A stretch of 64,000 nt of DNA from Candidatus Latescibacterota bacterium (GCA_965248265.1 CBDFJF010000002.1:640001-704000); one strand, 5' to 3'; positions 31,612 to 42,100 are shown, counted from the stretch's first letter. Notes: generated by a model from the sequence alone, not told the origin. Numbers and translations are program-made.

Positions 31612-32118
31612 TTAATCGGCGAACAGGTATGGTTTCCAGCGGCTGTCGCTGACACCGATGAAATTGCGAATGAAGCTGACATTGTTGGGTCTTCGCGGCT
31701 TCCGAATCAGGCTGAGCCCTACCTGATCCAGGCGCCGATCACCCTTCTTGGCATTGCATCCCGTGCAGGCAGCCACCAGATTTTCCCACGTTTCGGGCCC
31801 GTCGAACTTGCGCGGAATCACGTGGTCAATCGTCATCTTCCGTTCGGCTTTGCCACAGTACTGACACTGATGGTTGTCTCTCTTGAGGACGTTGCGCTTG
31901 GATAGCACCACCCGTCGACGCGGTGCGTTCACGTAACGATCCAGTCGGACGACGCTTGGGGCCGGGAAATTCTGCGCCACGGTCCGTACGACCTCATCGG
32001 CGGACTCAACGGCTTGAGCTTTTCCGCGGAACATGAGAACGAGCGCGCGGCGGACACTGCACACGTTCATCGGCTCGTAGTTTTGATTCAGGACCAATAC
32101 GGTTTCGTTGAGAACCAA
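31612..32118 (-). CDS. HNH endonuclease (McrA-like)
   Basis: VLVLNQNYEP, RDNHQCQYCG, TIDHVIPR, WENLVAAC..CN.KKG. Confidence 0.92.
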   Translation of the reverse strand: MVLNETVLVLNQNYEPMNVCSVRRALVLMFRGKAQAVESADEVVRTVAQNFPAPSVVRLDRYVNAPRRRVVLSKRNVLKRDNHQCQYCGKAERKMTIDHVIPRKFDGPETWENLVAACTGCNAKKGDRRLDQVGLSLIRKPRRPNNVSFIRNFIGVSDSRWKPYLFAD

Positions 32119-32198
32119 GTTGCTTCCTCTCCAGTATCACATGGTCGTGGAAGGGCAAAAATCGCCCCGCAGTAGGTAACAGCAACGACCAATCAAAG

Positions 32199-32600
32199 TC
32201 AAGCGTCCGCTATGAGCTCCTCGTAGTCTTTGGCGCTGAGCAAGTTTTGCAGCTCGGCCGTCGACTCGACGCGCATCTTGATCATCCAGCCGTCCCCGTA
32301 GGGGTCTGCATTCACGCGCTCGGCCGCTCCATCCAACGATTCATTGATCTCGACGACTTCGCCGGAAACAGCGGCGTAGAGCTCTTCGACCGCCTTGACC
32401 GCCTCGATGGTACCGAAAATCTGACCGCGCTGCAGGTATTCTCCCACCTCGGGCAACTCGACGAAAACAATGTCACCGAGCTGCGACTGGGCATAGTCGG
32501 TGACGCCGATGGTGGCCACGTCGCTGTCCAGGGTAATCCACTCGTGGCTGTCTGTGTACTGCAGCTCTGTTGGAACGCTGGACTCTTTTCCATCTGCCAT
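32199..32600 (-). CDS. gcvH: Glycine cleavage system H protein
   Basis: HEW, GVTDYAQSQLGDIVFVELP, EAVKA lipoyl-lysine, NADPYGDGW. Confidence 0.96.
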   Translation of the reverse strand: MADGKESSVPTELQYTDSHEWITLDSDVATIGVTDYAQSQLGDIVFVELPEVGEYLQRGQIFGTIEAVKAVEELYAAVSGEVVEINESLDGAAERVNADPYGDGWMIKMRVESTAELQNLLSAKDYEELIADA

Positions 32601-32680
32601 CTACGGAATCTCCCTCAATCTACGCCTCCCAACCGGAAGCGACTATACCATTTGCTTTGGTTATTGCCCCGATACGTGCA

Positions 32681-34039
32681 CTATACCACCACAGCCTCAG
32701 AAAACAGTTCAGTCACATAGTGAATGTCGAAATCACCAGCGACAAACTTGGGGTCGACGAGTAAGGACAGGTGGAAGGGTATGGTCGTCGCAATGCCCTC
32801 CACGGTAAACTCCTCCAGCGCCCGCTTCATCCGCGCGATCGATTCGTCCCGGTTTTCACCCCAGGCGATGACCTTGGCCAGCAGGGAATCGTAGTATGGA
32901 GGCATGGCATAACCCTGGTAAATATGGCTATCTACCCTGATAGAGGGCCCACCCGGCAGATGCAATGCTGTGATGGTCCCTGCCGATGGCATGAAGTTCC
33001 GATCGGGGTCCTCGGCGTTGATCCGACACTCCAGGGCGTGTCCCCGGAAGTCGATATCGCTCTGCTCGAACCCCAACTGTTCGCCCCCAGCTACCCGGAT
33101 TTGCTCCGCGATCAAATCCATGCTGGTGATCATTTCGGTCACCGGGTGTTCCACCTGGATACGCTTGTTCATCTCCAGGAAGTAGAAGTCTTCACCATTG
33201 CCATCCACGAGGAATTCCACGGTGCCAGCACCAGAGTAGGAGATGCTCTTGGCCCCCGCCACGGCCGCCGCTCCCAGGCGCTCGCGCAAAGAGGCATCCA
33301 CGACTGGTGATGGACTCTCCTCCAGCAGCTTCTGATGACGTCGCTGAATCGAGCACTCCCGCTCCCCCAGGTGGACGACGTTGCCGTGTTGGTCGCCGAT
33401 AACCTGGATTTCGATATGCCGGGCGCTTTCCAGTGAGCGTTCCATGTAAAGGACATCGCTGGTGAACGCGGTACGGGCCTCCAGACGAGCCAGGTCCCAG
33501 GCTTCAGCGAGCTGATCCTGCGCCTGCACGACCCGCATCCCCCGGCCGCCACCCCCAGCGGCTGCTTTGAGTCGTACCGGGTACCCGATCTGCTCGGCCA
33601 GCTCTTCCGCTTCCTTCAGATTGGGGACTGGTCCGGGGCTTCCCGGAATAGTCGGTACACCAGCGTTTTCCATCGCTGACCTGCCGGCCGCCTTGTCGCC
33701 CATTTTCTCGAACACCTCAATGCCCGGACCGATAAAGCAGATGCCGCAGGACCGGCACAATTCAGCGAATTCTCCGTTCTCGGCAAGGGGGCCATACCCA
33801 GGGTGGATGGCGTCGGCATTCGTCAGCTCAGCGGCGCTGATGATGTTGGCGTAGTTGCGATAGCTGGATTCACCCGGCGGTGGTCCAATGCAGACATCCT
33901 CGTCAGCGAACAGTACATGTGATGAGTGGGCGTCAGCCTCTGAGTAAACGGCCACCGTCTTGATGCCGAGTTCCTTACAGGTGCGGATGACGCGCAGGGC
34001 GATCTCACCCCGGTCTGCCACGAGCAGTTTGTCAAACAC
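32681..34039 (-). CDS. accC: Biotin carboxylase
   Basis: RGEIALR, AIHPGYG, GGGGRGMR, ERECSIQRRHQK, FLEMN.RIQVEHPVTE, ECRINAED, YYDSLLAK. Confidence 0.96.
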   Translation of the reverse strand: MFDKLLVADRGEIALRVIRTCKELGIKTVAVYSEADAHSSHVLFADEDVCIGPPPGESSYRNYANIISAAELTNADAIHPGYGPLAENGEFAELCRSCGICFIGPGIEVFEKMGDKAAGRSAMENAGVPTIPGSPGPVPNLKEAEELAEQIGYPVRLKAAAGGGGRGMRVVQAQDQLAEAWDLARLEARTAFTSDVLYMERSLESARHIEIQVIGDQHGNVVHLGERECSIQRRHQKLLEESPSPVVDASLRERLGAAAVAGAKSISYSGAGTVEFLVDGNGEDFYFLEMNKRIQVEHPVTEMITSMDLIAEQIRVAGGEQLGFEQSDIDFRGHALECRINAEDPDRNFMPSAGTITALHLPGGPSIRVDSHIYQGYAMPPYYDSLLAKVIAWGENRDESIARMKRALEEFTVEGIATTIPFHLSLLVDPKFVAGDFDIHYVTELFSEAVVV

Positions 34040-34082
34040 TTCGAGGACCTGTCCCTTAAGAGTCTACGGGGAGAGAATTCGG

Positions 34083-34556
34083 TTACGGGGCCCGCAGCCG
34101 GATGAGCGGTTGGTTGTACTCAACTGGATCACCGTTCTGAACAAGAATCTCGGCGATTTCACCGGCCGCATCGGCCTCTATTTCGTTCATAATCTTCATC
34201 GCCTCGATGATGCACAATGTCTGGCCGACGGTCACCGTATCACCGGTGCTGGCGAAAGGCTCGGCTTCGGGTGACGAGGACCGGTAGAATGTACCTACCA
34301 TTGGCGACATGATGGTATGAGCATCCTCCGAACCGGCCACCGTGCTCTCCGAATCTTCCGCCGTCGTGGTACTTTGCACCGGGGCTTCCCGAGTCACCTG
34401 GGGGTGGTTCTGTGCGGGAGCGGTCAGGGTCACAGCCTGCCTGGTACGTCCTAGACGTACGCGCACACCCCGCCAGAAACTCTCCTGGTATTCCAGCTCT
34501 TCGACGCCACTTTCTTGAAAAATCGCAATCAATTTGCGGAGTTTTTCTTCGTCCAC
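34083..34556 (-). CDS. accB: Biotin carboxyl carrier protein
   Basis: SPMVGTFY, IIEAMKIMNEI biotinylation motif. Confidence 0.96.
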   Translation of the reverse strand: MDEEKLRKLIAIFQESGVEELEYQESFWRGVRVRLGRTRQAVTLTAPAQNHPQVTREAPVQSTTTAEDSESTVAGSEDAHTIMSPMVGTFYRSSSPEAEPFASTGDTVTVGQTLCIIEAMKIMNEIEADAAGEIAEILVQNGDPVEYNQPLIRLRAP

Positions 34557-34614
34557 TCTGTCAGTACCTCGATTTCGACTGAGTGCCCATTCGAGCGTCA
34601 GCCATGTTTCTCGA

Positions 34615-35175
34615 TCACACGCGCTCGACGTACTGCGCTGTGCGGGTATCGATCTTCAATTTATCCCCCTGATTGACGAACAGAGGCACCGAGACCACGG
34701 CACCGGTCTCGAGGGTTGCCGGCTTGACCGCGTTGGTGGCCGTATCGCCCTTGACTCCCGGTTCCGTCGCGGCAACCGTCAACTCCACGAAGTTGGGCAG
34801 CTCGACACCGATGGGTTTGTCGTCCGTGACCAGGACAAAGGCTGTCTCGTTCTCCAACAGAAAATCGGTGGCATCGCCCATCAACGCTTTGCTGATGGCG
34901 GTCTGCTCGTAGGTTTCGGAGTCCATGAAGTAGTACGTATCCGGCGCCTCTGCATAGAGATATTGCATTTCGCGTTTCTCAATCCGGACCTCCTCGACTT
35001 TATCGCCTGACCTGAAGGTGCGTTCAATCACTCCGCCGCTATCCATGTTTTTCAACTTGGTACGGGTAAAACCGCCCCCTTTGCCGGGTTTGACATGCTG
35101 AAATTCGACGATGGTGTAGATATCGCCGTCCAATCGCATGGTGTATCCATTCCTGAAATTCGTTGTGTCAGCCAT
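34615..35175 (-). CDS. efp: Elongation factor P
   Basis: FQHVKPGKG, PGVKGDTA, KPATLETG, VPLFV. Confidence 0.97.
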   Translation of the reverse strand: MADTTNFRNGYTMRLDGDIYTIVEFQHVKPGKGGGFTRTKLKNMDSGGVIERTFRSGDKVEEVRIEKREMQYLYAEAPDTYYFMDSETYEQTAISKALMGDATDFLLENETAFVLVTDDKPIGVELPNFVELTVAATEPGVKGDTATNAVKPATLETGAVVSVPLFVNQGDKLKIDTRTAQYVERV

Positions 35176-35189
35176 AACCCTGTCGGTAT

Positions 35190-36671
35190 TTAGTCCTTGC
35201 GCTCCAGCGCCGTCAATCGTGTTTTCGCCTCTTCGTTATCTGGCTGCGCCGTCAGCACCTGACGGTAGGTCTCGATGGCTCGGTCGACGAACCCCTGCAC
35301 CGAGTACAACTCAGCCAGTGTCGTGGTCGGAATCGGTCCTGGCAAGTCTGATTCCGCATGTCGCTCATCCTCCCCATCCCCGTCGATCTGGCGCAAAAGA
35401 TCGGTCATCTCTGAATCCCCGCGTCTCGAGAACTGAGCTACGGCATGGTCGTCGTCGACGGTTGCCTCATCAGCGAAGTTCGAAGGCGTTGCCGCTTCCG
35501 CCGTTGCCGGTTCGGGTTCGGGTTCCGGTTCGGGCTCCACCCTGGGGGGTATTGGCCGCTGGAGCTTGCTCGCCCCGCTATTGCCGCTCTTGTCCCGGCT
35601 CGCTTCTCGTGAGCCTGCTTCAACATCCTCCACCGTATCACTGGACACCGAATCCGCATTCCCTGTTGGGGTCACTGTCGGTTCGGGCAATGATGGCTTT
35701 GCCGGTTCCTCCGGTGCAGCCGGCAACTCGTCGCCAAAAAGCTCGGCTCCCAAGGCTGCTACCTCGTCGCTGGCATCCGGCTCAGGGGTGGTCGGCGGGA
35801 CCGGGTCAACGACCGCCTCGGCCGGTTGTGGTTGCGGTACTTCTGTCTCCCATTCTGGTAAATCCTGCAGCACCCCAAACGGCTCGTCAGCGGATGCAGG
35901 CTCTGTCGATTCGGGCTCGGGTTCAGGGTCTAATTGAGTTTCCGCAACCTCGGGGACCTGTGTCGCCTCTACCTCGCTCTCGGAGTATTGTAGCTCAGAT
36001 CGCTCAGCTTCATGACCATCGTCACTGACTCCATGACCATCGTCGTCGTCACCTGCCGCTACCTCTGCCCTGGTTGCGATGTCCGCGTCGATGCCCGGTC
36101 CAACGCCATCGTGATCGGGCACCTGCTCTTCGTTTTCAGTTTCCTTCTCTTCACTTGGCGCCGGCACCTCGTCAATGGTATAGGCTGCTTCAAAGCTCTC
36201 GCCCGAAGCTTCATCGCGCGATGCGGTCGCCGTCCCGACCTCAATCGGTTCGGTCGCGCCGGGTACCGCTGGTTCCTGAGCGGACAACTGCTCCACCTGG
36301 AGCCTGATGGTCTCGTCGAAGGGATCGAGCCGGGCTGCTTCCTCCATGCACTTCAACGCCAACGTCGGGATTCCGAGGGCTGCGTAGATCTGTGCCAGGA
36401 GTTCGAATCCGCGCGGGTTCTCGGCGTCGAGACGCAGTGATGTATCGAGTGCGGCGCGAGCTTCTTCGAGGTCGCCTCGGGCCTGATAGCACCGGCCCAA
36501 CAGATAGAACCCAGTCGGGTAGTCCGGGAACCGCTCACAGCCTTCCAGGCAAACGGCCAACGCCCGCTCGATGTCACCCTGGCTCAAACACGTCTCAGCA
36601 AAACGCGCAAACAAAGGAGCCGACGGGTAACGGCGGTACGCTCTCTCTATTTTGGAAAGTCTGCCGAACAA
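35190..36671 (-). CDS. TPR protein with long acidic/Pro-rich linker
   Basis: N-terminal TPRs, E/D/P-rich middle, C-terminal 'TTTLAELY..QG...AI..Y' TPR. Confidence 0.8.
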   Translation of the reverse strand: MFGRLSKIERAYRRYPSAPLFARFAETCLSQGDIERALAVCLEGCERFPDYPTGFYLLGRCYQARGDLEEARAALDTSLRLDAENPRGFELLAQIYAALGIPTLALKCMEEAARLDPFDETIRLQVEQLSAQEPAVPGATEPIEVGTATASRDEASGESFEAAYTIDEVPAPSEEKETENEEQVPDHDGVGPGIDADIATRAEVAAGDDDDGHGVSDDGHEAERSELQYSESEVEATQVPEVAETQLDPEPEPESTEPASADEPFGVLQDLPEWETEVPQPQPAEAVVDPVPPTTPEPDASDEVAALGAELFGDELPAAPEEPAKPSLPEPTVTPTGNADSVSSDTVEDVEAGSREASRDKSGNSGASKLQRPIPPRVEPEPEPEPEPATAEAATPSNFADEATVDDDHAVAQFSRRGDSEMTDLLRQIDGDGEDERHAESDLPGPIPTTTLAELYSVQGFVDRAIETYRQVLTAQPDNEEAKTRLTALERKD

Positions 36672-36822
36672 GGCGCTGGCAGAGCCTCATTATCGGAACG
36701 GTACAAGCGGGCCACAGCGCGGATACTCATGCCGGAAGTTAAGCCACAAACCGCCGCTGGTGCAAGAGGGTTGGAAGGGAGCGGCAAGTCATGCCCTCAG
36801 TTGAGGTTATGGGCACGAATTC

Positions 36823-36851
36823 TTGACACTCATGTTGGTCCCGCGTACCTT
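36823..36851 (+). promoter_or_regulatory. Sigma70-type promoter for tRNA-Lys
   Basis: TTGACA (36823-28), 17 bp, TACCTT (36846-51). Confidence 0.65.
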
Positions 36852-36867
36852 CGACGCCCTTTGGCGT

Positions 36868-36943
36868 GCGCCTATAGCTCAGTTGGTAGAGCGGCTGACT
36901 CTTAATCAGCGGGTCCGGGGTTCGAGTCCCTGTGGGCGCACCA
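36868..36943 (+). tRNA. tRNA-Lys (anticodon CTT)
   Basis: GCGCCTA acceptor, AGCTCAGTTGGTAGAGC D-arm, GCTGA-CTCTTAA-TCAGC anticodon arm, GGTTCGAGTCC T-arm, encoded CCA; 76 nt. Confidence 0.97.
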
Positions 36944-37037
36944 ATTATATGTACATGAAGACCGGTCTCCTTCATATATGCATCAAGACCTGTCTCCTTA
37001 GATATCAAGACCTAATCCTCGACCACCCGGTGACGGC

Positions 37038-39585
37038 GTGGATATCACCCCTTCTTCAACGCGTCAAACTCAGATCCTCGTTGTCGAGGACGAGCCGATC
37101 GTGTCGCTGGACCTCCAGCAACGGTTGGAGAAAATGGGGTACCGCGTACCGGTGGTTGTGGCTTCCGGCGAAGCGGCCATCGAGTCTACGCAGGATTCGA
37201 CGCCAGATCTCGTACTCATGGATATCAATCTCCATGGCGAGATGGACGGTGTCGAGGCCGCCGAGCAGATCCGTGCTCGTCACCAGGTTCCCGTCGTCTA
37301 CCTCACCGCCTACTCCAACGATCAGACCCTGTCCCGAGCCAAGATAACCGAGCCTTTCGGGTACCTGCTCAAACCATTCGAAGAGCGCGAGCTGCAGACG
37401 ACGATTGAGATCGCCCTCCACAAACATCAAGCTGAACAGGCTTTGCGACGGGCTCACGACGACCTGGAGCGCCGTGTTTCCGAACGCACCATCGAACTGC
37501 GCAACTCCAACCTCGCTCTGCAACAGGAAATCGAGGAGCGCCGCCGTCGCGAAGAACGCCAACTAGCTCTCCAGCGCGTGCGCGAAGAAGTGTGGCGTAT
37601 GCGCAATCGCGGCGACATCCAGCACGTCCTCGACGCCATCCGCGACGGCCTCACCTCACTGGCCGTGCCGTTTCGCTCCTGCCGCATGTACGTCGTCGAA
37701 GCCAGGTTGGGCACCGAGAACGTGCGACTGTATACCCGTGGCGACGTCGAGTCCTGGTCCAGCATCCCTCTCGAGGATCAGAGCTGGAGGGACGTGATTC
37801 TTCGCGTATGGCGCGATGGCGAGTCTGCTTACCGGGCGGACATCGAAGAGACTGACATCGTCACCTCCGCAGATGATGCCGTCGCAGATGTGGTTCACCA
37901 ACAGGCCACGATACGCTCGGTTCTTGATGTCCCTTTCTCACATGGTACGCTTTCCATCGACAGCAGTCGTCCGCAGGCTTTTTCAGACTCCGACATCGCC
38001 GTCCTGCAGGAGATGGCCGTTGCCCTGTCGGAGGGGTTCCACCGGCTCGAAGACCTGCAACAGCTCGCTGAAGAGCGACAGCGCCTCGCGGTGACGCTAC
38101 GCAGCATCGGAGACTGTGTCATCGCGACAGATGCCGATGGCAGGATCGTCCTGCTCAATCGCGTTGCTGAAGCGTTGACGGGTTGGACCCAGGATGAGGC
38201 ACGCGGAAGGGAGTACGGCGAAGTCTTCACGCTCGAGCAAATCCTGTCTCACGACGATCCGGTTGCTCATGTGCTGGAGACTGGCACTGCCCTCACTGTC
38301 GTTCCAGCCGCCACACTGATCGCGCGCGACAGCACCGAGCGGCTGGTCTCGACGAGCAGCGCACCGATTCGAGACGATGAAGGCAAGACGATCGGCGCCG
38401 TTTTGGTGTCCAGAGACGTCAGTGAGCAGCGCAAGATTGAGGAAGAACAGCTCAAGTCAGCGAAACTGGAGTCTCTGGGGGTTTTGGCCGGTGGCATCGC
38501 ACATGATTTTAACAACATCTTGACCACCATCATCGGATATCTGTCTCTGTCGAAATTGGACTTGAGTCCAGAGGGTGAACTCTACGCCAACCTGACTGAA
38601 GTGGAAGATGCTTCCCAACGAGCGACGGATTTGACGCATCAACTGCTGGCGTTCTCGAAGGGGGGCGCACCCGTCAAGAAGGCGGCTTCGATCGCCGAGT
38701 TGATCACGGACTCGGCGACGTTCACGACCCGCGGCTCCAACGTCCTCTGCAGGTTTGAAATCGAAGAGCCCCTGTGGGCCGCGGAGGTGGATGTTGGCCA
38801 GATAAGCCAGGTGATCCAGAATCTGGTGTTGAATGCCGACCAGTCCATGCCGGCCGGGGGAACGATAACGATCACGGCGAGCAACACCGTCATTGACCGA
38901 GGCCTGAATCTGCCACTGGATCCGGGGGAGTACATCAGCGTGAGCGTAATCGACCATGGCGCCGGCATATCCAGCAATCATCTGCCGCAGATATTTGATC
39001 CGTACTTCACCACCAAGGAGGAGGGAAGCGGTCTCGGTCTGGCCACAGCGTACGCCATAGTCAAGAATCACGACGGTCACATTACCGTGGACTCGTCGCC
39101 GGATGGCACTTCCTTCACCTTTTACGTTCCGGCAACCTCAACCCCCGCCGCTGCCGCGCCGCCAGACACTGGAGAGATTGTTCCCGGTCAGGGCAGGGTG
39201 CTCGTCCTCGACGACGAGGCGCCGATCCGCAGGCTGGTGGGGGACCTGCTGGAAAAGCTGGGGTATGGAGGCGGAACTCGTCGAGGATGGCCAGCAGGCC
39301 ATAACCCGCTACGCGGAGGCCCTGGAATCCGGGCGTCGGTTTGACGCCGTAATCATGGATTTGACCATACCTGGGGGGATCGGCGGCCGCGAGGCAATCA
39401 CCGAACTTTTGGAAATCGACTCAGGAGCACGCGTGATTGTGTCGAGCGGGTATTCAGCGGATCCCGTGATGGCACACTACCGGCGCTACGGCTTCGTTGG
39501 CGTCGTGGCCAAGCCGTACGATATCCGTGAATTGAGTCGAGTACTGGGGAAGGTAACCCGCGATCAGCTGGCTCAGGAGAAGTAG
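37038..39585 (+). pseudogene. Hybrid sensor histidine kinase (REC-GAF-PAS-HisKA-HATPase-REC) with +1 frameshift near 39267 (real lesion or sequencing error)
   Basis: ILVVEDE..LMDI, GGIAHDFNNIL, FDPYFTTK..GSGLGLA; final REC starts VLVLDDE in one frame and continues EAELVEDG..VIMDLTIPGG..SSGYS..KPY in another; one extra G in GGG TAT G GAG GCG. Confidence 0.8.
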
Positions 39586-39621
39586 TCGAAGCAGTCGATC
39601 GACTACCGTCGAACGATTGCT

Positions 39622-39891
39622 TTAGTTGACCGCTGAGGATTCCTCTTCCAGAAAATCCGGGACCGGTACCGTCTTCAGGTAGTCCTGAAGAGCTCGCCCA
39701 TCAGAGGGCAGGTCGAGGACATCCGAGAAAGGCCACATGTCACCCTGGAGAAACTCTACGGCGCTGACCTTGTCCTGGGAAGCGGGTGCGGAAGACATGT
39801 CCTTGATCGCTTGCAGAATAACGGCGGCAGCGAGACGCCGGTGACCATCAAACTGGGACCGATACGCTGACTTACGTTCTTTTGCCATCAT
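39622..39891 (-). CDS. Small hypothetical protein
   Basis: 89 aa, RRLAAAVILQAIKD...AVEFL...FSDVLDL; fills gap; AT-rich upstream region. Confidence 0.65.
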   Translation of the reverse strand: MMAKERKSAYRSQFDGHRRLAAAVILQAIKDMSSAPASQDKVSAVEFLQGDMWPFSDVLDLPSDGRALQDYLKTVPVPDFLEEESSAVN

Positions 39892-40011
39892 AGTCTCTAC
39901 AGAGTTTTTATAGTTTTAGCGGCGAATTTGCTCAGCCTTTATGCAGGCATAATGTAACCATTTTTCAGACGTTTCGACAGGCCAATCGATCCCGTATTTG
40001 ACCTCGCGACC

Positions 40012-40051
40012 AAAAAAAAATGAGCAGGTTTCTTCAACTGAAACCAGCTCA
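40012..40051 (-). terminator. Intrinsic terminator downstream of nupC
   Basis: TGAGCTGGTTTC/GAAACCTGCTCA stem followed by T9 on minus strand. Confidence 0.8.
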
Positions 40052-40158
40052 GTCAGTTACGGTGATTCACCTGACGCCACGCGTCGGTTTCCCACGCAAC
40101 AAGCCGGATCATCCTCAGACAAACAGACCGATGACCCGCCTGCAGCACTTCGTCTCCT

Positions 40159-41418
40159 TCAAATAAACAGACCGATGACACAGCCGGTCAGCATGGTCGC
40201 CAGCGTACCCGCTACCAGCGAGCGCAGCCCAAGGCGAGCCAGATCGCCCCTGCGGTCGGGCGCGATGGCGCCGATGCCCCCGATCATGATTGCGACCGAA
40301 CCAAAGTTGGCGAAGCCACACAGCGCATAGGTACAGATCAGGAACGACCGGTGGCTGATGGCCGACGCCTGATCCCCCATCAATCGCGTCAGTTCGGCAA
40401 AGGCTACGAATTCGTTGAGAATGGTCTTGACGCCCATGAGCCGGCCAGCTGTTTCCGCTTCTTGCCATGGGATTCCCATCAACCAGACAGGATAGCGCAG
40501 AACATATCCCAGCGCCGCCTGGAGACTCCAGCCGGTTGCCGTGCCATGAAGGAGGCCGTCGATCCAGCCCACGACCGTATTGGCAAGTGCCACCAGGCCG
40601 ACAAAGGCGATCAGCACGGCGATGATGTTGATGAACAGGTGAATGCCCTCCGTGGCTCCGCGAGCAGCCGCGTCGACGCCGTTGTCGGTGTCGTCGGCTT
40701 CAATCTCAATCAGCTGACCCGTGGTGACAGGGCGTTCGGTTTCCGGCATCATCAACTTGGCGATGGCTATGGCGGCGGGAGCGCTAATCAGCGACGCAGT
40801 GAACAGGTGTCCGGCAATGAGCGGGTCTACCGCACTCAGCATCGAGGCGTACACGACCATGACGGTGCCCGCGATCGTGGCCATGCCCGCACACATCAGA
40901 CAGAACAACTCACTCTGGGTGAGGCGACTGACGAAGGGTCTGATCAGCAGCGGCGCTTCCGTCATCCCCAAGAACACGTTGGCTACCACGCCGATGCTTT
41001 CGGCGCCACTGATTCCCATCGAACGCTGCACAACACGGCTGGCCAGGGAGATGACGGCTGGCAAGATTCGATAGTGGTAGAGGATCCGCGACAGGGACGC
41101 CACGAATATCAAGATGGCGGCGATTTCGAGTGCCAGCATGGGCCCGAAGGCCTGCTTGAACTGAGGACTGGAGATCCCGATGAACAGCAGAGACTCGTTG
41201 GCCTTCAGTGCCGTCGCTTGAAGGACATCCGTCAATGATGCAACAACGGCAAACACATATTCGCGGAGCTGGGTCAGCAGGAGCACGGCGGCGAGACCGA
41301 CCTGCAGCAAAGTTCCCACGACCACTGGTCGAAAGGAGATTGGTGTCTGGCGGGTGCCCACAATCCAGGCAACGCCCAGCAGGGTGATGTAGCCACAGGT
41401 TGAGTGGAGTGTTTCCAT
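40159..41418 (-). CDS. nupC: Concentrative nucleoside transporter (CNT/NupC family)
   Basis: SGAES...ANVFLGMTEAPLLIRP, GMATIAGTV, KTILNEFVAF, YALCGFANFGS. Confidence 0.93.
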   Translation of the reverse strand: METLHSTCGYITLLGVAWIVGTRQTPISFRPVVVGTLLQVGLAAVLLLTQLREYVFAVVASLTDVLQATALKANESLLFIGISSPQFKQAFGPMLALEIAAILIFVASLSRILYHYRILPAVISLASRVVQRSMGISGAESIGVVANVFLGMTEAPLLIRPFVSRLTQSELFCLMCAGMATIAGTVMVVYASMLSAVDPLIAGHLFTASLISAPAAIAIAKLMMPETERPVTTGQLIEIEADDTDNGVDAAARGATEGIHLFINIIAVLIAFVGLVALANTVVGWIDGLLHGTATGWSLQAALGYVLRYPVWLMGIPWQEAETAGRLMGVKTILNEFVAFAELTRLMGDQASAISHRSFLICTYALCGFANFGSVAIMIGGIGAIAPDRRGDLARLGLRSLVAGTLATMLTGCVIGLFI

Positions 41419-41428
41419 GGTCGTCTGT

Positions 41429-42088
41429 TCAATCCGGGTAGAGATGCGCGAGCGCCGACTGCACCAGCGCGCTCGGGGTCAGGGTAGCGTCGAGGCGAAT
41501 CGCTTCACCCCACACGTCGAATTGGCACACGGCGGCTGCGAAACGAGAGAAATCAGCATCCCCGCCCAATCGGGTTCCTCGCTGTTCAAGGCGGGCACGC
41601 CACAGGTCCGGGGGGGGTGGGTCCAGATGCAGGACAGTCAATCCGGACGGGGCGATGGACGCGGACAGACCCTCCCACAGCTGTGTCACCGCAAGCTCAG
41701 GCCCCCAACCTCCACTGAGCAGAACGACGCGCCTGCCGACAAGATTGGCGCATGCCACCCGCAATGGTCCGGCATATTCGAGAGGTCGCAACCTGGACCA
41801 GTAGTCAGCTGATCCGTAGGCCTGACTCTCATCGATCCCGGCGTCTTTCGCCGCGTTCAAGATGAATCCGGCGGCCGTGCAGTCCTTGTCCAGGTGCAGC
41901 GATTCCGGGAGCTCCCCCAGCAGGCCTGTGGCCAAAGTCGACTTGCCGGTCCCAGGAGGCCCGGCCAGGATTACCAGGCGCGAAGCCTTCGAACCAGAAC
42001 GCGCGGCATCCAGCAGGGCTGTCACTGTCGGCAGCGGATCCGCAACCGACCCGGCGTAACCGCCACCGAGGCGCGAGACATCCATCAT
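41429..42088 (-). CDS. P-loop NTPase / kinase-like protein
   Basis: ILAGPPGTGKST Walker A, LDKD, lid-like 'RARLEQRG'. Confidence 0.75.
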   Translation of the reverse strand: MMDVSRLGGGYAGSVADPLPTVTALLDAARSGSKASRLVILAGPPGTGKSTLATGLLGELPESLHLDKDCTAAGFILNAAKDAGIDESQAYGSADYWSRLRPLEYAGPLRVACANLVGRRVVLLSGGWGPELAVTQLWEGLSASIAPSGLTVLHLDPPPPDLWRARLEQRGTRLGGDADFSRFAAAVCQFDVWGEAIRLDATLTPSALVQSALAHLYPD

Positions 42089-42100
42089 TCTCTTCCTCCT

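Noticed and set aside
31612-32118. HNH nuclease as a defence system or homing element
   Set aside because: Solitary small McrA-like HNH in a housekeeping run; no methylase, immunity gene or intron context
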